Part shown: positions 33,731 to 45,301 of the stretch, in pieces
How the letters are laid out: each line of letters opens with the position of its first letter
Position numbering within the stretch: position 1 is the first letter of the stretch
Source: an uncultured Chloroflexia bacterium
GTDB taxonomy: Bacteria; Chloroflexota; Anaerolineae; CG2-30-64-16
DNA length: 64,000 nucleotides
Assembly: GCA_963810095.1 (NCBI GenBank)
Contig: CAWEMM010000007.1
Coordinates: 594,559-658,558, forward strand
Direction of reading: 5' to 3'
Translations under genes and position numbers: made by a program
The notes under the pieces: generated by a model
Databases searched by the model: none
Told to the model about the DNA's origin: nothing
The model's input: the letters and a program-made list of their open reading frames with translations, nothing else

Positions 33731-34477
33731 ATGGCACCGCCTTGGATACGCAACGAGCTTTCTCCGATTCGAGACCAGGTGGACCGTATCTTCCGCGATC
33801 GCATCTTCAGCGGCGAGTACGAGCTGGGCGAGCGGCTGCCGCCCGAAGCCGTGCTGGCCAAAGAGCTGGGGGTGAGCCGCGCGACCATCCGCACCTCCCT
33901 GGGCAGGCTCGAAGCAGAAGGCGTCATTACCCGCCGTCACGGCGATGGGACGTACCTGAACAGCCATGCTGTGGAGGTCGACGCCCAGCCCACTCAGATC
34001 ATGGCCTTCCGCACCATGATCGAGAAGAGCGGGCGCCGGGCCACCGTTGCGCGCCTCACCATCCAGTCCCGCCTGCCAACCGGCGACGAGTGCGAGAAGC
34101 TCCAGACGCCGCCCGACGAGCGGGTGGTCGAGTTGATCTGCCTCTTTCTTGCCGACGACCAGCCCGCCATCTACTCGGTGAACCGGTATGCCGCGCGGGT
34201 CCTCCTCGCCGCAGACCTGGACCTGGACGTCCGCATCCCGATGCACGACTTCATCCGGCACTACTCCGGTCACCAGGTCGCCTATTCCGTCTCCGACTTC
34301 TGCGCCGTCGTTCCCCCGCCCGAGGCCGTCCAGCACCTCAGGATCGACGCTTCGCGTCCCCATCCTCATGTCGACGATCTTTTCTACGGGTTGAAGGACG
34401 TCCCGCTGGCGTTGGGCAACAACTACTTCCATCCGGAGCAGTACAGCCTGCGACTGGCGCAGTCCTGGATGGGCTGA
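33731..34477 (+). CDS. GntR family (HutC/UTRA) regulator
   Basis: GERLPPE..LAKELGVSRATIR..L..L..EG.I.RRHGDGTY. Confidence 0.92.
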   Translation: MAPPWIRNELSPIRDQVDRIFRDRIFSGEYELGERLPPEAVLAKELGVSRATIRTSLGRLEAEGVITRRHGDGTYLNSHAVEVDAQPTQIMAFRTMIEKSGRRATVARLTIQSRLPTGDECEKLQTPPDERVVELICLFLADDQPAIYSVNRYAARVLLAADLDLDVRIPMHDFIRHYSGHQVAYSVSDFCAVVPPPEAVQHLRIDASRPHPHVDDLFYGLKDVPLALGNNYFHPEQYSLRLAQSWMG

Positions 34478-34626
34478 CAGGGGGCGAGAACCCGGGTCGT
34501 TCGCCTCCACTTGAACACGCGGCGCCCACGCTGGGGGAAGGAGGCACTCTGCCCACAAACCGGCTCCATTAAACGCATTTCTGACACCCTACACCGTAGA
34601 TCCTACATCGTAGGAAGGAGAACGCT

Positions 34627-35810
34627 ATGAAATCCCGAATTGTCCCAGTTGTCGGAGTACTGCTCGCCGCGATCCTGTTGCTCTCTGCCTGCGCTCAGCC
34701 CCAACCCGCAGCTGCACCCCAGGTGATCAAGGAGACTGTCGTCGTCGAGAAGGCGGTCAAGGAGACGGTGGTCGTCGAGAAGCAGGTCGAGAAGGCGGTC
34801 AAGGAGACCGTCGTCGTCGAGAAGCCGGTCGAGAAAACGGTGGTCGTGACCGCGCAGGCCAGTCGACCTGAACGCAGCGCTCAAGGGCAAGAAGCTGGCC
34901 GGCATCTTCCCCGGCCCCATCAACGACTCCGGCTGGAACCTGCAGGCCTACCTGGCCGCCATGAACATGCGGGACAAGTATGGCATGGACGTCGCCTTCA
35001 CCGATAACGTCGTCTTCCAGAACGCTGAGCAAGTGGCGCGCACCTATGCGGAGGAAGGGTACGACATCATCTGGGGGCACAGCTTCGATTACGACGACCC
35101 GCTCCGGGCGGTCGCCAAAGACTATCCGAACGTCAAGTTCATCATCGACAACGGCAGTCATGAAGGTCGATCCCAACGTCTACACGTACACCGACGAGAC
35201 CGGCCCCGGTGGTTACTTCATCGGCCGCATGGCCTGCTTGATGTCCAAGACCAAGAAGATCGCCTTCGTGGCAGCCGTTTCTTGGCCGCTCATGGACCAC
35301 CATTACAAGATGATCGCCCAGGGCTGCAAGGACGGCGGCGGCGACCCGAAGAACGCGCTGTACAGCATCATCGGCAGTTGGGACGATCCAGCCAAGGCTA
35401 AGGAACTGGCAGTCGCCGCAATTCAGGGCGGCGCGGACGTTCTCATCTCGAGCGCGAACACGGGCGACGCAGCGGTCATCGAGGCCGTCCGTGATGCCTA
35501 TAACGCGGGCAACAAGGACATGCGCTACCTCTCCTGGAGCGCCGACAAGCACGAGCTTGGCCCCGAGTTTATCAGCAGCGGCTACATCCAGGACACGCTG
35601 AAGGCGCTCGAGTGGATGGTCACGGCCGTGGTCAACCAGGACAAGCCCGGTGGACACTACACGGCCGGCCTCCGCGAGGGCACAGCCTACTTCTCCCCCT
35701 TCTACGGCCTCGCGGCGCCCGAAGTCGAGAAGGATCACGTCGACGCCGTGCGCAAGTTCAAGGAAGATCCAGCTTCTATGCCGCAGATCGAGGTACGCAC
35801 GGACCTCTAG
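34627..35810 (+). CDS. BMP family ABC substrate-binding lipoprotein (frameshifts ~34860, ~35165)
   Basis: Lipobox LLSAC; PGPINDSGWN; GYDIIWGHSF; GSWDDPAKAKE..GADV. Confidence 0.88.
34723..34853 (+). repeat. Coding tandem repeat (KETVVVEK) in the lipoprotein linker
   Basis: aaggagacNgtSgtcgtcgagaag x3 plus partial units. Confidence 0.85.
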
Positions 35811-35934
35811 CCACCCAGCCGGCGCCGGCAGTGGTCCGCCGGCGCCGGCTCAGAACCCTGTGACGTTTCGCGAGGCCGGCCCTACGCCGGCCGGCCTCGA
35901 CGTTGCACCTGCGGCCCTCGTCGGAGGCACTCGC

Positions 35935-37494
35935 ATGGCGGAGATTTTGCGGCTGGAAGGGATCACCAAGACCTTCCCGGGCGTGCTCGCAAACGATTGC
36001 ATCGACCTGGAGATCGAGCGCGGGGAAGTCCATGCCCTGCTGGGCGAAAACGGCTCTGGCAAGACGACCCTGATGAACTGCGTCTACGGCGTCTACCGTC
36101 CCACCAGTGGCCGCATCTTCTGGCAAGGTCAGGAGGTCCGCATCCGCCAGGCGCGCGACGCCATCGCGCTGGGTATCGGCATGGTGCACCAGCACTTCAT
36201 GCTGATCCCTCCGCTGACGGTGGCCGAAAACGTCATTCTCGGCCTGCCACAGCCACGCGAGCCCTTCCTCGACTTCGCGCGGGGCCGAGCGGAAAGTGCG
36301 CGAGAGCAGCGAGAAGTTCCACCTGGACGTCGATCCTAAGGCGCCGGTTTGGGAGCTGCCCGTGGGCGCGCAGCAGCGGGTCGAGATCCTGAAGGCCCTC
36401 TACCGCAATGCCGAGCTGCTGATCCTGGACGAGCCGACGGCTGTGCTGACCCCCGACGAAGCCAACGAGCTCTTCCGAACCATCAAGGCGCTGAGCGAGC
36501 ACGGCCTCTCAGTGATCCTGATCACCCACAAGCTCGAAGAGGTCACTTCGCGTTTGCGACCGGGTGACTGTGCTGCGCGACGGCCGCAAGATCCGCACCG
36601 TGCCCGTCGGCCAGACGAGCCGCGCCGAGCTGGCGCGCATGATGGTGGGCCGCGAGGTGCTGTTGACCGTCGACAAGCCGCCGGCGGCCCCTGGCGACGT
36701 GATGCTTTCGGTGGAGAACCTCTCGGCCGTAGACAGCCGCGGGCTGGCGGCCTTGAAGAACGTCTCGCTCGACGTGCGCGAGCACGAGATCCTCGGGCAT
36801 CGCAGGCGTCGACGGGAACGGTCAGACCGAGCTGGTCGACGTGCATCATGGGCATGCGGCGCGGCAACGTCCGGCCGGGTGTGCGTGGGCGGGCGAGGAC
36901 ATCACCCACTGCACGCCGCGCGCAGATTCTGCAGCGGAAGGTGGCTTGCGTTCCGCCCGACCGGCAGCACATGGGCCTGTTTCTCGATTTCACGGTCGCC
37001 GAAAACCTGATCAGCCGCTCGCTTTGGGAAGCGCTCTTCGCCCGCTGGGGCTTCCTGCGCGGCACGATCGATCGCCGGCGCCGCCGAACGGCTCATCGAG
37101 AACTACTCCATCCGCACGCCGAGCCGTGACTTGCAGGTCAAACTGCTCTCGGGCGGCAACCAGCAGAAAGTCCTCCTGGCACGCGAGATGTTCAGCGAGC
37201 CGAAGCTGCTGATCGCCGCCCAGCCGACCCGCGGGCTGGACATCGGCGCGATCGAGTACGTCCATCGCCGGATCATCGAGGCGCGCGCCCATGCGGCGGT
37301 CCTGCTGATCTCCACGGAGCTGTCCGAGGTGCTCAGCCTGTCGGACCGGATCGCCGTCATGTACGGTGGCGAGATCATGGGCATCGTGCCGGCCAAGGGC
37401 GCCGATGTCAGCCAAATCGGCGAAATGATGGCCGGCGTGCTCCGCTTGGCGACGCAGCCGGCCGGGCCGCGGCGGAGTGGGCAGGACGCGATGA
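35935..37494 (+). CDS. Nucleoside/sugar ABC transporter ATPase, two NBDs (multiple frameshifts; end approximate)
   Basis: LLGENGSGKTT, GIGMVHQHF, LDEPT, LSGGNQQK, QPTRGLD. Confidence 0.88.
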
Positions 37495-38753
37495 ACACGC
37501 AAGCACCAAATCCAGTCAGCCTGGACCCGCTTCCTCGAGCGATCCTTCAACGTCCTGGTCCCGATCCTGGCGATCCTCGGCGCACTGCTGATCAGCGGGC
37601 TGCTCATTGCGGCCTACGGCGCCAGCGCGCTTGAGGCGTACACCGCCCTTTTCAGCGGCGCGTTCGGCTCGCCCGCGGCGTGGGCAACTACACTGGCCCG
37701 CACGATCCCGCTGGTCTTCACGGGCCTGGCGGTCGCGTACGCCTATCGCGGCGGCTTCTTCAATATCGGCGCGGAAGGCCAGCTTTTTGCGGGGGGCTCG
37801 CTGGCGCTTGGGTCGCGCTGACGTTCGCCGATTGGCCCGGCTGGCTGCTGATCCCGGCCAGTCTACTGGGCTCGGCGGTGGCGGGCGCGCTGCTCGCCGC
37901 AATCCCCGGCATTCTCAAGGCGACCCGCAACACTAACGAAGTCCTCACTACGATGCTGCTGAACTACATTGTCATCCAGTTCTTCGAGCTGAGCCTCAGC
38001 ACCGAGAAGATCACCGCCGGCGTCGCCCGCAAACTGGGGCCTGATCAACATCATTCGGTATCAAGGACCCGACCCAGGGGCTGCCCAAGTCGGCCAGCCA
38101 TGCCACCGCGGCTACCCTGCCATCCGTGGCCGACGTGCTCGCCAGCGCCCCGCTGCGCAGTGCGTTCGCCGGCCAGGGGTGGTACGACAACCTGCTCGCC
38201 GTCCCCGCGTTCGGGCGCATCACCCTGGGCATCGTGCTGGCGCTGCTCGCCGCGTTCGCTGGTCTACGTGCTGCTCTTCCGGACGACGACCGGTTTCCGG
38301 GTGCGAGCGGTGGGCATCAACCCCGAGACGGCCCGGCGCACCGGCGTGAACGTGCGAGCGACGATCATCCAGACCGCCATGATCAGCGGGGCTTTGGCAG
38401 GGCTCGCGGGCGGCGTCGACATGCTCGGCTCGGCGCACCGGGTGATCTCCGGGTTCCTGTCGGGCGCCGGCTGGACGGGCATCCCCGTGGCCCTCATCGG
38501 CCAACTCCACCCCGGCGGCGTCCTGCTGTCGTCGCTATTCTTCGGCGCCCTGAAGGCCGGCGCGAACAAGATGCAGATCATCTCCCAGGTGCCGGCCGCG
38601 GTCGTCGGCATCATCCAGGCGCTGGCGATCCTGTTCGCCATCGCCGGCACCGTCGTCGACATTCCCTCGCGGATCAGAAAGGCCCGGGTGCTTGGCGAGT
38701 CTCAGGGTCACGCCGACCTATCGGACATGGCCCAGGAGGCGCCCCATGCTTGA
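37491..38753 (+). CDS. ABC transporter permease (frameshifted)
   Basis: FNIGAEGQ, NEVLTTMLLNY, ISGALAGLAG, VALIGQLHP. Confidence 0.85.
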
Positions 38754-39705
38754 GTCGATCCTCGGGATCCTGCTGTCTCCAGACTTTTACCAGGCCGCCG
38801 TGCGCCTGACTGCGCCGATCCTGCTGGCTGCGATGGGTGCGCTCCTTGCCGAGCGAGCCGGTATCGTCACATTCAGCATGGAGGGCATGTTGCTGATGGG
38901 GGCGGTCGGCGGCGTGATCGGCAGCGGGCTAACGCACAGCACGTGGGGCGGCCTCCTGGGCGCCGTTATGGGCGGCGTGTTGATCGCCATGATCTATGCG
39001 TTCATGGCGGTTACGGTTGGCGCGAATCAGATCGTGACGTGTGTGGCGCTCAACCTGGGGGCGGTTGGGCTCGCCGACACGCTGTACGTGATGGCGTTCG
39101 GCGCCGGCCAAGGCGGGTTCGTGCGGGAGATCGTCCGCGTTCCGCGTCTTCCCGACTGGGAGATCCCCGTGCTCAGCAAAATCCCGGTTGTCGGGCCGAT
39201 CTTCTTCGATCACATACCGCTCGTATACCTCGCATACATCATGGTCCCGCTGGTCGGCTATGTGCTCTATCGCATGACCTGGGGCCTCAATGCCCGCTCG
39301 GTGGGGGAAGTTCCGCAGGCTGCGAACGCGGTGGGCATCAGCGTCCGCAAGGTGCGCTACCTGACGCTGCTCCTGGCCGGCATCGCCACCGGGCTCTCGG
39401 GCGCCTTCCTCTCCATCGGCCTGCTCAGTTCCTTCACCACCAACATGACCGGGGGCAGGGGTTACATCGCGTACACGGCGATCGTCTTCGGGCGGTGGGA
39501 GCCGCTGGGAATCGCCCTCGGGGCTCTGCTCTTTGGTGCGACCGACGCGTTCCAGATGCGCATGCAGGCCATCGGGGTCAATATCCCGTCGCAGATCATG
39601 GTGGCGCTGCCCTACATCGTCACCTTCATCGCCCTGGTCCTTTTCGTCCGCCGCGCTGCCCAGCCGGGCGCGTATGGCCGGCCCTGGTCGCGTGAGTCCA
39701 AATAG
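38746..39705 (+). CDS. ABC transporter permease
   Basis: ERAG..EG.LL.GA, GRGYIA..A.VFGRW.P, LPYIVT. Confidence 0.92.
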   Translation: MLESILGILLSPDFYQAAVRLTAPILLAAMGALLAERAGIVTFSMEGMLLMGAVGGVIGSGLTHSTWGGLLGAVMGGVLIAMIYAFMAVTVGANQIVTCVALNLGAVGLADTLYVMAFGAGQGGFVREIVRVPRLPDWEIPVLSKIPVVGPIFFDHIPLVYLAYIMVPLVGYVLYRMTWGLNARSVGEVPQAANAVGISVRKVRYLTLLLAGIATGLSGAFLSIGLLSSFTTNMTGGRGYIAYTAIVFGRWEPLGIALGALLFGATDAFQMRMQAIGVNIPSQIMVALPYIVTFIALVLFVRRAAQPGAYGRPWSRESK

Positions 39706-39733
39706 CACGCAAACACGCAAAAGGAGATGACCT

Positions 39734-40750
39734 GTGCCCAGACACAAGATGCTCTTCCTCACGGAGCGCTCGCTGCGCCACCAGGAACTCGCTCTCAAGG
39801 CCGCGCCGCCAGAACTAGACGTCACGATGATCCGGGATGCCTCGCGCGAGCAGGTTCTCGAGCTCATCCCCCAGACTGAGTTCCTCGTCTCGGAGCGGAG
39901 CGGGATTATCGACGAAGAGCTCATCGCCGCGGGCCGCCGGCTGCGGCTGATTCAACGGCTCGGTTCGCTGACGTACGACATCGACCTCGATGCGGCCCGG
40001 GCAGCCGGTATTCCTGTTTGCTACTGGCCCATTCGCACGTGCGTCATGCTTGCCGAGCACATGCTCATGCAACTGCTCATGGTGGCGAAGCGGGCGCGCG
40101 AGGCGATGTGCGTCCTGGCGCAAGTCGATGCTTGGGGTCAGGAGCCGGGGAAAGTCGACGAGGATTACTTTGCCTATAACTGGACAGACCGGCAGGACGT
40201 TCGGGGTTTGTACCGGGCGACCGTGAGCATCCTGGGCTTTGGGGAAGTCGGCGCCGAGCTTGCCCGGCGGCTGCGCGGGTTCGAGTGCCGGGTGCTCTAT
40301 CACAAGCGGCGCCGGCTTCCTGCGGCGACGGAGGCCGAGCTTGGCGTCGAATATGCCGAGCTCGGCCGTCTGCAGGCTGAGAGCGACTACCTCTGCTTGC
40401 TCATGCCCTACCATCCTGCCACCTGGGAAACCGTCGACGAGGGGTTCATTGCGGGGATGAAGCCCGGGGCAAGTGTGGTCACGTGCTCGGGCGGGCTCGA
40501 CGAGGGCGCGGTGGCGCAAGCCGTGCGGAACGGCCGGCTTTACGGGGCCGCAGCGGACACCTTTGCCTGGGAACCGATCCGGGCAGACAATCCGCTGCTC
40601 GCGCTGGCCGCCGATCCCGCCGCAAATGTGGTGTTGACTCCGCACATTGGCAGCGCCACGATTGCCGACTGGGATAACCATCGCGCGGAGGATTATGCGA
40701 ACGCGCTGGCCGTGTTGGCCGGCCGTGCGCCGCGTTATCGAGTCGCCTGA
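39734..40750 (+). CDS. D-isomer 2-hydroxyacid dehydrogenase family protein
   Basis: LGFGEVG Rossmann motif, DTF.WEP, VVLTPHIG. Confidence 0.85.
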   Translation: MPRHKMLFLTERSLRHQELALKAAPPELDVTMIRDASREQVLELIPQTEFLVSERSGIIDEELIAAGRRLRLIQRLGSLTYDIDLDAARAAGIPVCYWPIRTCVMLAEHMLMQLLMVAKRAREAMCVLAQVDAWGQEPGKVDEDYFAYNWTDRQDVRGLYRATVSILGFGEVGAELARRLRGFECRVLYHKRRRLPAATEAELGVEYAELGRLQAESDYLCLLMPYHPATWETVDEGFIAGMKPGASVVTCSGGLDEGAVAQAVRNGRLYGAAADTFAWEPIRADNPLLALAADPAANVVLTPHIGSATIADWDNHRAEDYANALAVLAGRAPRYRVA

Positions 40751-40824
40751 TGCACGAGAATGCGGTTGGCGTAGCACGGAACTGACCACAGTGGGCTGTC
40801 TTCGAGTGAGGAATTAAGCGTGGC

Positions 40825-40874
40825 ACGCTTGAGCCCTGGTTGCGTGACCCCGCAACCAGGGCTCAAGCGTTTTT
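40825..40874 (+). terminator. Rho-independent terminator
   Basis: 20-bp stem acgcttgagccctggttgcg/cgcaaccagggctcaagcgt followed by a T run, between convergent genes. Confidence 0.75.
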
Positions 40875-40904
40875 ACGGCTGCCGGCGGCTATCCCCAACC
40901 CGCC

Positions 40905-42384
40905 TTAGCCGATTTGCTCGATCTCGCCTGGCCGCCAGGTCTGGTCGAACCACGGCTCGAGAGGGCTGTAAAGCCGCAGGTAGGTCCACCAGCCCTTTCC
41001 CGGAATGGTCTGGATCCAGTTGCCTTCTTTGCCTACGGGCGGCTCCGGGCCGAAATACACATCCACCGATGTGTCTGGATTAACCAGGAGATCCTTCTTC
41101 TGACTGCTGACGCTCGGAAAACGCTGGTCGGTCTGGAGCAGCGCGCGCGTCTGGCTGTCGTACACGACCAGCGACCAGAAATTCTTCACCGGAACATTCG
41201 GCGGCAGTCGCAGCCGGTAGGTCTTACCACCATCGAGATAGTGGCCCGCGGCGTCGTGCTCCGTGAACGCGTACTGAGAGCCGGCGCCCACCATCTTTAT
41301 CGAGATGGCCGGGCTGATGCCCCAGGCGAGGAAGAAGAAACGCGTGCGTGAGTCTAGGTCCAGCACCCCGCTCGGCATGAAGCTGCAATCGTTGCCTGTC
41401 CAACTCATCTTCCACTGGCTGTCGGGGTAGTACAGGACACCCGGGTCGCGCGGGCTGAAGGCGAGGGTGCGGCCCGTGGCGGCCCCGACGGCCGCGGCAT
41501 CGGCGAGGATGCGCCGCATCCGCTCGTCCGGGGCGAACGGCTTGTCCTTGCGAATACCGATGGCGGCGAATACCCCGACGGTTTCCGCGTCGATCATATC
41601 GAGCGGCTCTTCTTGGACAACGGTTGCCACATGCTCAAAGAGCGAGACGTCGGTCGCGGGGACGGTGCTGAACGCGACGCCAGAGATATCCACGAACGTC
41701 ATCGGGGGCGGGTCCGCCGCCCGATCGAGCGGATAGACCCGATAGTGTTGCTTGGTGTTCTCGACCGCCGGTCGCGGGTCACCATCCGGGATAAAGCCAC
41801 GAATGAAGAGCGCGCTTCCGTAGGTGCGGGAGGTCAGGACGAAGTAGCCGTCGGGCACGGGGCCCTGGTAGCCCGGGGGAAGGAGCAGGTACTTTCCGCC
41901 CGCGCCCCGGTCGAGGCCGACTGTGCCCAGGTCCGCGACGTAGCGACCCCAGAAGTCGTTGATCATACCGAGCACGCGCTGGCGGTATCTCGATGACCAG
42001 TGGGCCTTCTTTGGTGTCGAGCCAGGCGATCGTGTAGACCGTCTCCGTGTTCGCCGCCCCGAAGAGCAGAGAGCGCGAGTCTACCAGCGATTCGCTGATC
42101 ACCGCCGTCTGGTTGTCGGGGCCAAAGCTCCGCAGGCCGGTGCGCGTCGCGTGGAATACGGCCAGCGGCATGGCGGTGAGAAAGGTCTGCACGGCGCGCT
42201 GAAAGTCGAGGTTGTCGTAGACTTTCTGCACGGTGGTCTCGTCGGGCAAGCCGTCGAAGAAGCGCAGCTTGCCGAGACGGGTCTCGACGGCGTCCGGCAT
42301 GGCGACGCCGGGCGGGATGTCGGTCGTCATCTTGTAGTGGGTGGGAGCCGTGGCCACAGGTTCGCGTTCGATTGTGAGTTCCAT
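40905..42384 (-). CDS. DUF1254/DUF1214 protein (frameshift ~41985)
   Basis: YDNLDFQRA, ANTETVY, GGKYLLLPPGY, GSQY, FWSLVVYD, LRLYSP. Confidence 0.88.
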
Positions 42385-42837
42385 GGGATACCTCCTTTTT
42401 CCCTTGGAGAACTGGCGACGAACGGTTGGCCGCCCGTGCGTCGAGACGGCGTCAGGGAAGGTGACCGATGGCGCCGGAACGACGCAGGCGGCGAAATGGC
42501 GGGAAAACGGCGGGCGTGTAGCGGCAAGGTCTGGCAATAGCACCGGCTCTTTGCCAGCAGGCTACTTTCCACGAAAGTATACAACCTAACTTCGGTTCTC
42601 GCGCGCACGAGTTTTGTGGATTCTTTCACGCTTGCGCCGCACGATCCCCGCAGTTGCGGCCGCGCCGCGGCGTTACGTCCGGTGCGGCGAGGATCACCCG
42701 GTTGACGGCGTCCGGTGCTTTCAAAGGCACAACGTGCCCAGCCCTCGGGACGCTTTGTCCGGTCAGACGACGTCAAGTGTAGCGGAAGTTATAGTGTCCA
42801 TCGTACGTTTGAGCTACTTTGCCTGGGGAGCATGAGA

Positions 42838-43481
42838 ATGGCAAGGCTACGTTTCAGGATCTCGATGTCACTCGACGGCTATGTTGCCGGCCCTCACCAG
42901 AGCCTCGAGCATCCGCTCGGGATCGGCGGCGAGCGACTGCATGAGTGGGTGGTTTCTCTCGCAGAATGGCGCGCGTCCACGGGCTGGAGGGCGGGGAAGT
43001 GAACGAAAGCTCGGCTGTCATACGGGAGGAGAACGCCAACATCGGCGCCACGATTATGGGACGCAACATGTTCGGCGGGTATCCCGGCCCGTGGGACCTC
43101 AGCAACCCGTGGAACGGCTGGTGGGAAGACAATCCTCCGTTCCACCACCCGGTCTTCGTGCTCACGCACTATGCCCGCGCGCCCCTCGTGCTGGAGGGAG
43201 GGACGACCTTCACGTTTGTCACAGAAGGCATCGAGGCAGCACTTGAGCAGGCACGCCGGGCCGCGGGCGAGATGGATGTGTCGCTCGCAGGCGGTGCGAA
43301 TATTGCCCGGCAGTATTTCGCGGCGGGGCTCGTCGACGAGATGGAGATCAACCTCGCGCCAACGCTTCTCGGCAGCGGCGAGAGGCTGTTTGAGGGCAGT
43401 GGGGATGACCTGCACGGCCTTGCACTCGTGCGGACGGTTGCGACGCCGAGGGTGGTCCATCTCAAGTTTGCCAGGACCTGA
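42838..43481 (+). CDS. Dihydrofolate reductase / RibD C-terminal family protein (frameshift ~42970)
   Basis: SMSLDGYVAGP, IMGRNMF, PVFVLTH, GGA..GLVDE..P.LLG.G. Confidence 0.88.
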
Positions 43482-43676
43482 CAGGCTGACCCAGATGCCC
43501 GAGATCTACCGGGGGCACCGGTTTTGACCTGGGGAGACCCGCAGAGCCGGCGCGCTGCGGGTCTCTTCGTGCTGTATGTAACCCAACCAGAACGCTTAAC
43601 CGCCGGCATCCTCGTCCAGTTGTTCGCGCGGGCAGCTGAGCCGTTGCCCTTTCCCAGAAGCCAGGGCGCCCAACTC

Positions 43677-44351
43677 CTACGCTCGGAGCTGCTCGGCGAG
43701 AAACGCCAGCGTCCGCTCCCATGCCAACTGGGCCGCCTGCGGATTGTACGCTTCCGGGCGGTCCGTCTCAAAGAACCAGTGGGTGGTGCCCTCGTAGATA
43801 AAGAAGCTTGCCGGCCGGCCCACTGCCTTCAACGCGGCCTGCAATTCCTCCATCCCCTCTCGCGGCTCGTAAGGGTCGTTCTCGGCGAAATGGCCGAGGA
43901 AGGCGGCCGTTGCCGGGGTGAGGTCGGGCGCGTATGCGCCGTAGAAGAGGACGACCGCGCCCACATTCGCCGGTCGCATCGCCGCCAGCACCGAGGCCCA
44001 CGCGGCGCCGAACGAGAAGCCGATCACGCCGATGCGTTGGCTGCGTGACCGGCGCACCAGGAAGTCGACCGCCTCGCCGGCTGCCGCCTGGATATGCTCC
44101 GACCACTCGGCCTCGACGGTCTGGACCAGCTCCTGCGCCTCCTCGACGGTCTTTGCGATGCGGCCCTTGAAGAGATCGGGCGCAAACGCGGTATACCCGG
44201 CCTGCGCCAGCCGGTCGCACACCGCCTTGAACGTGTCGTTCAGCCCCCACCACGCGTGCAGCACCAGTACGCCCGGCCCGCCAGCGGCCGGCGCCGAAAG
44301 GTATCCTTCGTACGCCTGCTTTTCGCCATATCGCGTCATTTCACCAGACAT
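43677..44351 (-). CDS. Dienelactone hydrolase family protein
   Basis: HAWWGLN, APDLF, GFSFGA, FYG, HWF. Confidence 0.92.
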   Translation of the reverse strand: MSGEMTRYGEKQAYEGYLSAPAAGGPGVLVLHAWWGLNDTFKAVCDRLAQAGYTAFAPDLFKGRIAKTVEEAQELVQTVEAEWSEHIQAAAGEAVDFLVRRSRSQRIGVIGFSFGAAWASVLAAMRPANVGAVVLFYGAYAPDLTPATAAFLGHFAENDPYEPREGMEELQAALKAVGRPASFFIYEGTTHWFFETDRPEAYNPQAAQLAWERTLAFLAEQLRA

Positions 44352-44360
44352 GTTCGCCTC

Positions 44361-44893
44361 TCATTCGGATCGGAACTCGCGAAATTCGCCGGTTTCCTCC
44401 ATGTACGCCCAGCCGTCCATGCCGGGTGGCCGGATGCCCAACTGCGTGATGATCGCTGAGACTTGTTCCCGGTGCTCGGTCGCGTGGTTGATTGCCTGCA
44501 TGAGCAGACTGCCGAGTGGATACTCGACGGAAAGCCCTTGCTCCGGGTCGGTTTCTCGCACAAGGCTATCGGCCCTCGCGCCCATGGCCAGCCGAGCCAG
44601 CTCATCGCCCGATTCGCGCGCGTCCGAGCGCAACACCTGGAACCCGGGGAATGCGTCGCCCGACAGCCAAGCGGGCGGCATCTTTCTCGTGACCCGGCTG
44701 GCAGTAGTCCACCTGCGCCCCGACGAGATGCGCCAGGGTCGCGCGGATTGAGCCGTGCGCGCCCACAGCGGTTGCCCTCAACTGCTCGTCGGTCAAGTTC
44801 GCGGCAGAAATCAAGCAGCCTGAGGTTGGCCCACGTATTATGGCGGAACATGGTCGTCAAAACGCTCGAATCACCCTGTCCGTTTACCGACAT
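44361..44893 (-). CDS. DinB family protein (frameshifted)
   Basis: FRHNTWAN..L, GSIRATLAH, QAINHATEHREQ. Confidence 0.82.
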
Positions 44894-45212
44894 CCCCTAT
44901 CTCCCTCTCCAAGCCCAACCTACTTCATTGACTACAAGAGCGCCAGCCATGTTATCACGGCCGGTCGGATGCGCAAGCAATCATGGTCACCGTTTCACGT
45001 TTGAGATTAAGCCTTCACCGCACGCTGCCGGACAACGAGGGACCAAATAGCACACTGATCGAACGGACCGGACTGACGATCACGATCTTTATCAAAGGAG
45101 AGTGGGGACCTGGATCGCTGTACCCTGTGCTCGCCTGGTCGCAGGAAACAGACCCGCGTTATCTGCGCCACCCCCGCCTGCACCCCGCTCCATCCAAGCG
45201 ACCAATCGCCCA

Positions 45213-45301
45213 GCTGGCATCGACCGGCCGGCGCGGGCAAGGGTGATGGCCGCAGCCAGTCCATTTGGGCCCGCGCCGACGATCACCGCGTCGTAGCTCA
45301 C
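45213..45301 (-). pseudogene. 5' fragment of a phytoene-dehydrogenase-like FAD oxidoreductase
   Basis: VSYDAVIVGAGPNGLAAAITLARAG overlaps the upstream stop codon, then similarity ends. Confidence 0.7.

Noticed and set aside
34723-34853. CRISPR-like repeat
   Set aside because: In-frame coding repeat with no unique spacers and no cas genes
44983-45246. + strand 87-aa ORF
   Set aside because: No RBS or motif support; overlaps the truncated oxidoreductase junction
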